Source of the DNA: Patescibacteria group bacterium
Lineage (GTDB): Bacteria; Patescibacteriota; Minisyncoccia; Phycocordibacterales; CAIZLB01
Reading direction: 5' to 3'
Assembly (NCBI GenBank): GCA_040384865.1
Contig: JAZKIM010000006.1
Span: 988 to 64,987, forward strand
DNA: 64,000 bases
Of the stretch, positions 58,371-64,000 are shown piece by piece (the first letter of the stretch is position 1; the number at the start of each line of letters is the position of its first letter). The position numbers were made by a program, and so were the translations under genes. Under the pieces are notes generated by a model, which saw only the letters and a list, made by a program, of their open reading frames with translations, was not told the origin of the DNA and searched no databases.

Positions 58371-58931
58371 CTACGAATAGCTCGGCGGCGTCTCAGTTAT
58401 ACCAGATAAATGGTTAGAAAGTCTAGCGAGAGCATAAAGAAGCGATGAGAGACGGTTGAGATATGCGAGGGTTGTCGGGCCAACAAGGGTCCCTTCTTCG
58501 TGGACTTGCACTACCCGTCTCTCCGCTCGACGCGCAATAGTACGAGCGAAATCAAATTTAGCAGCAAGCTCTGTACCTCCTGAAATAAAGAATGATTTGA
58601 TAGGGGGTAACATCTTTTCAGCCGTATCTATAATCTGCTCCACCCTCTTTACCTTCTCCTCAGCAAGACCTTTAGGAAACCCTGCCACCTCAGCTTGAAT
58701 GATGAAAAGTGTTTCTTGAACTCCATGAACAATAGATTCAAAAGTGACAAGGTTTCCATCAATTTCAATTGAGACTTTAGCATTTGCACTCAAAACCTTC
58801 ACAAGACCGAGGAATGAATTGATTTCATCAAGACCACCTAAGGCCTCTGCTCGAGCAGAACTCTTTGAAATTCTTTGATCACAACCAAATGTCTTTGTGG
58901 TTCCCCCATCCCCTTTTCGCGTGTAAAGCAT
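58371..58931 (-). CDS. PduO-type ATP:cob(I)alamin adenosyltransferase family protein
   Basis: 186 aa; MLYTRKGDGGTTKTFGCDQRISK N-terminal signature. Confidence 0.75.
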   Translation of the reverse strand: MLYTRKGDGGTTKTFGCDQRISKSSARAEALGGLDEINSFLGLVKVLSANAKVSIEIDGNLVTFESIVHGVQETLFIIQAEVAGFPKGLAEEKVKRVEQIIDTAEKMLPPIKSFFISGGTELAAKFDFARTIARRAERRVVQVHEEGTLVGPTTLAYLNRLSSLLYALARLSNHLSGITETPPSYS

Positions 58932-58936
58932 GACTG

Positions 58937-59746
58937 TTATCTAAAAAGAAACGATAATGGTCCATTTTGATCAATGATATCCCTAATGGCACTGTAATGA
59001 ACAAACACTTCTTGAACACCTGCGGCATAAGCTGCAACCTGATATTCCTGGAAGATGATAATTAAGCCGGTATCAGCAAACATGAAGGAAGAGAAGTTTT
59101 CCTTGTCTGGTGTGGTTCCTGATGTAATTTGCGGATAGATATTTTCATCACTGCCGATCTTTTTCTGAAGTTCCGCTCTGGTATACGAAGAGATTCGCTG
59201 CAGGTAATCGCTGGAAGAAAATACATCATCAAGAGTTACTTCCATTCCTGTTGAGGTGTTGTAGTTCAATGTCTCGATGAAGTGTCCTGGATGTGCAGCC
59301 CCTGATTCAAAGAACGATTCAATCAAACGAATTGAAATCAAATTCGGAATAGTGGTATTTGGCTGAATTGAGTAGGTGACATCAAGAGTACTTAGTCCCG
59401 ATCCAGGAAGAGAATCACTAACGTCGTTATTTGATTTCTTAAAATCAGAAATTAATTCATTTATATTTGTAGAAATAGATTTATTGATTTTTATTTGAGC
59501 ATCGGAACGAGTCAATCCAGACAACTGCGGATAGATAACATTAATACTATAACCGGCTTTACTATTTTCATCTTTTATTATCTTACTAGTCACTACCATC
59601 TTTTGTTCAAGTGTCGGAGGGGTTGTTGTCGCAACCTCATCAGTCTGTGATTGCTCCTTTGTTTTTGGGACAAAAACAATTACCAAGATTATAGCGATTA
59701 CTATAATACCGACCGAAATCCAAGTGCGTGATGTATGTGTAGCCAT
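58937..59746 (-). CDS. Membrane-anchored DUF3298/DUF4163 (RsiV/PdaC-like) protein
   Basis: 269 aa; single TM; GAAHPGH motif typical of DUF3298. Confidence 0.6.
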   Translation of the reverse strand: MATHTSRTWISVGIIVIAIILVIVFVPKTKEQSQTDEVATTTPPTLEQKMVVTSKIIKDENSKAGYSINVIYPQLSGLTRSDAQIKINKSISTNINELISDFKKSNNDVSDSLPGSGLSTLDVTYSIQPNTTIPNLISIRLIESFFESGAAHPGHFIETLNYNTSTGMEVTLDDVFSSSDYLQRISSYTRAELQKKIGSDENIYPQITSGTTPDKENFSSFMFADTGLIIIFQEYQVAAYAAGVQEVFVHYSAIRDIIDQNGPLSFLFR

Positions 59747-59817
59747 GGATATAGTATATCAAAATGAAAAAATGCACGGGGTGGGTACCAAGCATTTCTT
59801 CATTCTAACTTTATTTG

Positions 59818-59900
59818 TGCGCGGGAGAGGACTTGAACCTCCACACCCGTAAGGGCATAACCACCTCAAGGTTACGTGTCTACCGTTTCACCACCCGCGC
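59818..59900 (-). tRNA. tRNA-Leu (anticodon GAG), long variable arm
   Basis: GCGCGGG acceptor, D-loop AAACGGTA, anticodon loop TTGAGGT, variable arm TGCCCTTACGGGTGT, T-arm GGAGG-TTCAAGT-CCTCT. Confidence 0.85.
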
Positions 59901-60062
59901 GCATATTTGTCAAAAGCCCTCACTAGGGAGTCCCCACTATACCTAAAATTCCATTCACTTTCAACCATTTTCTTCTTAAAAAGATTTTTACTTTTTCGTA
60001 ATACATACCCGACTTTAGTATTCTGGATTCTCTCCTACAACGTTTCAACTTTTGTAATCAAA

Positions 60063-60092
60063 AAAGCCCGCTCTAAAGCGGGCTTTTTTGAT
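60063..60092. terminator. Bidirectional terminator (aaaaagcccgctctaaagcgggcttttttg) after rplS
   Basis: Perfect stem with flanking A/T runs. Confidence 0.8.
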
Positions 60093-60100
60093 TCTAGAAA

Positions 60101-60562
60101 CTACTCAGCTTTCGGTTCCGCAGATGTCGCAACCTCAATCGGAGCTTCATCTACCTCTTCTTCCTTAACATCAGTATTGTTTCCACTCATCATTTCCATC
60201 TTCATTCGCTTACTAATCTCTTTAGCAGCCTTATCTCGAATGTAGTAAAGCTTAGCTCGTCGTACCTTAGCTCGCTTTGTCACCTCAATCTTGTCGATAG
60301 ACGGAGAGTAAAGAGGAAAGATTCGTTCTACGCCATATCCTCCTGACATCTTTCGTACGGTAAAAGTCGCACCAGCTTCTGCTCCATGCTTTCGAGCAAG
60401 GACAAGACCTTCAAACATCTGAATTCGAGTCTTTCCTTTTTCCTGGATCTTTTGGTGAACCTTAACAGTGTCGCCAGAGCGCATATCAAGATTCTTACGA
60501 GAGTCTCGATTGATGGTCGCAAGAACGACTGCCTTTTTTGTTGGTATTTTAGCTGCTGTCAT
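60101..60562 (-). CDS. rplS: 50S ribosomal protein L19 with acidic C-terminal extension
   Basis: Start probably MTAAKIP; [11 protein letters not shown]...[19 protein letters not shown] matches L19. Confidence 0.9.
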   Translation of the reverse strand: MTAAKIPTKKAVVLATINRDSRKNLDMRSGDTVKVHQKIQEKGKTRIQMFEGLVLARKHGAEAGATFTVRKMSGGYGVERIFPLYSPSIDKIEVTKRAKVRRAKLYYIRDKAAKEISKRMKMEMMSGNNTDVKEEEVDEAPIEVATSAEPKAE

Positions 60563-60631
60563 ATAGGGCATCAATATAACAAAAGGTGGAGGTTTTGGCA
60601 AATATTTCCCCTTTCAGATATTCGACCCGAG

Positions 60632-61423
60632 TTAAAAAGACTTAACCGCCTCTAAGAAATCTGTAGGTTGCGGTGCTTCAAACATATGAGTTTTACCATC
60701 AATGTCCTCTATTTCAATGGAGCGGGCATGTAGCGCAAGGCGCTTAAAACCGAGAGCCTCTGGATGATTAGCGGCATAAAGAGAGTCACACACCACAGGG
60801 TGGTTTATAGCCTTAAAATGGACACGTATTTGGTGCGTACGGCCAGTTCGAGGGTAGGCTTCTATATACGAAAAATTCATCGGTATCTCATGCGGCTTAC
60901 TCACACCGCCATCAATTCGACCGAGCACTTTGTAATCGGTCACCGCTGGGCGCATATCCCCTCTTGCTTCACGCTGGGCAGACCACTTACGAAAGTCGCT
61001 TCGGCTTCGGCCAATCGGACGGTCAATCGTTCCTTTGTCTTCTTTAACCAATCCCCAGACAACAGCGTTATATACCTTACGAACCTCTCGTTCCTGAAAC
61101 TGTTTTTTAAGATATTCAAAAGATTCCTGTGTTTTGGCAATAACCATGACGCCGGAAGTTTCTCGATCAAGACGATGAACAATGCCTGGTCTGTATATGA
61201 CAGTGCCGTCTTGAAGGATCATTGGTTCTCCTACTTCCTTGATAGCAGGATAGTTTTTAAGAAGCCAGTCCGCCAGCGAAGGTTCTTTTGTCTTACCGTC
61301 ACCATGCACAACTAAACCGGCTGGTTTGTTAACAGCAAGGATGTGTTTGTTTTCAAAGATGACAGTCATCTCTGATGGTAGTTCATTCAACATGAAAACC
61401 ATACTAGCATGGAATTGAAACAA
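60632..61423 (-). CDS. RluA-family rRNA/tRNA pseudouridine synthase
   Basis: 263 aa; HRLDRETSGVMVIAKT catalytic Asp motif. Confidence 0.85.
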   Translation of the reverse strand: MFQFHASMVFMLNELPSEMTVIFENKHILAVNKPAGLVVHGDGKTKEPSLADWLLKNYPAIKEVGEPMILQDGTVIYRPGIVHRLDRETSGVMVIAKTQESFEYLKKQFQEREVRKVYNAVVWGLVKEDKGTIDRPIGRSRSDFRKWSAQREARGDMRPAVTDYKVLGRIDGGVSKPHEIPMNFSYIEAYPRTGRTHQIRVHFKAINHPVVCDSLYAANHPEALGFKRLALHARSIEIEDIDGKTHMFEAPQPTDFLEAVKSF

Positions 61424-61452
61424 ATCGAGATTTGATGTATGCTGGCTTCCAC

Positions 61453-61525
61453 GGGAGATTAGCTCAGTTGGTAGAGCAACTCATTTACACTGAGAAGGTC
61501 ACAGGTTCGAGTCCTGTATCTCCCA
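61453..61525 (+). tRNA. tRNA-Val (anticodon TAC)
   Basis: GGGAGAT acceptor, GCTCAGTTGGTAGAGC D-arm, anticodon loop TTTACAC, T-arm ACAGG-TTCGAGT-CCTGT. Confidence 0.85.
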
Positions 61526-61533
61526 CAACACTC

Positions 61534-63906
61534 TTACTTGCCCGTAGTTACTGTCACAGCACCCGAAGTACCAACGCCTCCTGCTGCGTTATATGCTTTA
61601 GCCGAGAAAGACGTAGTCTTACTTGGACTGTTCGGTGCTTTCCAAGCACAAGAATAAGGACTTGTAGTGTCGGTACATGTGACTTTCGGTCCAGCGTAAA
61701 ATTCAACCTTAGTAACACCCACACTGTCAGAAGCACTAGCCTGGATAGTTACAGTGGAGCCTTTGGCAACAATAGCTCCACTCACCGGGCTTGTGATCGA
61801 AACGGTCGGAGAAGACGGGGTAGGATTCGGTACAGGATTTGGCAAAGGACTCGGTGAAGAAGGGGCGCTTCCTAAAGGGAGCTCAAATGTATACTGTAGG
61901 GAATTATCAGCATTATCACTCGCAATAATTCGTAATGTGATTTTTCCGCTAGCAGTACTGCTTGATATACCCGCCTGATATACAGCACCGGCTGAAGTTA
62001 CCGACAACGGTATGAAGTTAGTTCCGTCTACTGAATAACTAACTAATACGGATTTCATTGAGCCGCCTACAGGGTCAAACTCTAGCTCTATTGTGTTAGA
62101 GACCGCCGGATCATACACATCACTTCGGGCACCCTTGCTAAAATAATAAAGCCTTTTAATGGTGGGAGGATTTGGATCAGCAAGAGTTGTGTCGAAGGAT
62201 GCCACCACCGATCCTGTCAAATTCTGCGATTGGTTTTGATAAGGGAAAGAAGCACTAAACTCGTACTTACCCGACGAAGGCAAGTTAACTGTAGACAGAA
62301 CGTCAGAATCATAGTTAACGCAGGCCAAACCTGTTAGGCCCACACAGGCCTTAAGAGAGCCCGTTGATACTGTGAGACCGTCTTTTTTTATAACAAAAGG
62401 AATCTGATCATTCTCACCTGTGGCATAATCTTGCCGAAGAATAGGAGTAACAGGACCTTTAAAGTTTGCTAAGATTTTAAGTATATTTGGACTGTTTTGG
62501 AACTTTGCAAACCACACACTCGGTCCTAAGCCCAGATATACTTTAGTGCCTGTAAGTGGAGAGATTATTGATGGATCTATTGGGTAAAAAGTAGAGGAAA
62601 TAAACGGGAAGCGACTATTGGTTGCAAAATCAATGTAAGGAGACTTGAATACTGAGGGACATGCTCCAGTTGACGGACAACCATGCCTAAACTGATTTGA
62701 CACAAAAGCAGCAAAATAACCTGGAGGACGCATCGTATAAATTGTTTGAGTATAAGGCAATGTAAGTGCCCCAGGTCCATTTCCGGAACACGACATACTT
62801 TTATAATCTAGGAAATGAATATACGGAGTCATATTACAATCTTCTAGATCAGGATACTCAGTAGTTCCGGCAGGTCTATTCTCATCGAACTGTACGGTAT
62901 AACTTTTAAGGTCAGAAGGACTGTTGGTAAACGTCATACCCCTGCTAATCCCTTTAGATTCTGCATACAGATAGTAGAAATCTTCTCTCGTTTCAGTAGA
63001 ATTATGAGCACTCGTTGGAGCCTTAACTAAGTAATTGGTGCTTAGATCAGACACATAAATACTTTTTATAGTGCCGGGAAGATGGACACCTAAGGCCGAA
63101 ATAAATCCAAAAAAACTTTGATTTGTTGGTAGATGAATAAACTCAAGGCTGCCAGATACTGTACTGAGAGTATTATTGTTTTTATCTTTTGGAATGAACT
63201 GAATCAAGTGTTTTGCTTCACTAATACTTACAGGAAGTGTTGTGGAACCAGTCAAGCCATCAACGGTCACACCTTCCTTAAATACAAACCTGCGACGATC
63301 ATCAGGACTCATTGGATAATCAATCATAATGTCGTAAGGGCCCATAGAGTCCAGATAAAATATTTTTGGGTTAGAATCTAATGACACTCCAATAGGCCAC
63401 CGATTATTACGATTAATTATAGTTATCTTAGGTACTGCCTGAAAAACAGTGCCGCTGGTCTCCTTTATTGCCAGAACATAATTTTTAATAAAAGTGACAT
63501 ATATATCGAAACGATAAAAATTATTGGAAAGAGTGAGCGTACCGCCATGGACGGCGTTTTCTGCTTTACTGTTGTCCGCAGTAAAGTAGGTGTCTAATGT
63601 GGTTGTACTTCCACGCAGAGCAACGACAGTAGGAGAGCCTGTATTATAAATTACACCGTATGGAGAATATATTATTGATTGTTTGACATTAAGAGTTTGA
63701 TCAATATCCGTACGTTTATTCACAAGAGTAACTTTGAGAGTTTTAGACGTCCATGATGAAAGCGCTGGACTATCGACTCCGTAGTCTAGAGTGCCGGGAG
63801 TAACCAAAAGAGTTGGTGTGACGGTTATAAAAACTGGAATAGTGCTTTTCCGTACCCCATTCTCGTTCAGATAGATAGCGCTTACATAGTTTCCAGGTTT
63901 GACCAC
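61534..63906 (-). CDS. Large secreted/surface protein with Pro-rich linker and C-terminal bacterial Ig-like domain; N-terminus may lie beyond the window edge
   Basis: At least 790 aa; PSSPSPLPNPVPNPTPSSPT linker then Ig-like VSITSPVSGAIVAKGSTVTIQASASD...; frame stays open toward 64000. Confidence 0.5.
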   Translation of the reverse strand: MVKPGNYVSAIYLNENGVRKSTIPVFITVTPTLLVTPGTLDYGVDSPALSSWTSKTLKVTLVNKRTDIDQTLNVKQSIIYSPYGVIYNTGSPTVVALRGSTTTLDTYFTADNSKAENAVHGGTLTLSNNFYRFDIYVTFIKNYVLAIKETSGTVFQAVPKITIINRNNRWPIGVSLDSNPKIFYLDSMGPYDIMIDYPMSPDDRRRFVFKEGVTVDGLTGSTTLPVSISEAKHLIQFIPKDKNNNTLSTVSGSLEFIHLPTNQSFFGFISALGVHLPGTIKSIYVSDLSTNYLVKAPTSAHNSTETREDFYYLYAESKGISRGMTFTNSPSDLKSYTVQFDENRPAGTTEYPDLEDCNMTPYIHFLDYKSMSCSGNGPGALTLPYTQTIYTMRPPGYFAAFVSNQFRHGCPSTGACPSVFKSPYIDFATNSRFPFISSTFYPIDPSIISPLTGTKVYLGLGPSVWFAKFQNSPNILKILANFKGPVTPILRQDYATGENDQIPFVIKKDGLTVSTGSLKACVGLTGLACVNYDSDVLSTVNLPSSGKYEFSASFPYQNQSQNLTGSVVASFDTTLADPNPPTIKRLYYFSKGARSDVYDPAVSNTIELEFDPVGGSMKSVLVSYSVDGTNFIPLSVTSAGAVYQAGISSSTASGKITLRIIASDNADNSLQYTFELPLGSAPSSPSPLPNPVPNPTPSSPTVSITSPVSGAIVAKGSTVTIQASASDSVGVTKVEFYAGPKVTCTDTTSPYSCAWKAPNSPSKTTSFSAKAYNAAGGVGTSGAVTVTTGK

Positions 63907-64000
63907 ATCATTGTCAACACTAATAGTTGCTTGGAAAGTATCGGTGGTTTTATTGGCAACATTTAAAGTAGCTTTATCAAAGCTAAAGGTAATACCGGGT

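Overview
This 64-kb window has low GC (about 40% by eye) and is packed with housekeeping genes, mostly on the minus strand. It carries six aminoacyl-tRNA synthetases (MetRS, GlyRS, IleRS, ArgRS), ribosomal proteins (L7/L12, L10, L11, L19, S6, S18), secE-nusG, recA, ftsK, recO, ssb, efp, three tRNAs (His-GTG, Leu-GAG, Val-TAC) and several large secreted or surface proteins. The gene content and style point to a small-genome bacterium, possibly a CPR/Patescibacteria-like lineage; that assignment is inference. No rRNA and no CRISPR array were found.

The notable loci, in window order:
- ileS carries a roughly 150-aa histidine-phosphatase (PGM-family)-like domain inserted between the CP1 domain and the KMSKS region. 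The insert is internally truncated and is crossed by a -1 frameshift near 28086.
- A thymidylate-supply cluster groups dut, glyA, a GC-rich divergent thyA-family gene, a HIT protein, an extended dCMP-deaminase coupled to a nucleotidyltransferase, and a DHFR-like gene.
- A glycogen module contains a fused PMM-like HAD mutase plus archaeal-type alpha-glucan phosphorylase, next to glgA and a cupin-type phosphoglucose isomerase.
- Downstream of tRNA-His, a 5-kb accessory stretch holds six interspersed direct repeats that resemble the tRNA-His 3' end. These repeats separate small gene cassettes (Nudix plus P-loop kinase, a GC-rich cupin plus TrmB-like regulator, membrane proteins). No integrase is present.

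Several short patches of visibly higher GC carry orphan genes. Many rho-independent terminator hairpins are visible.
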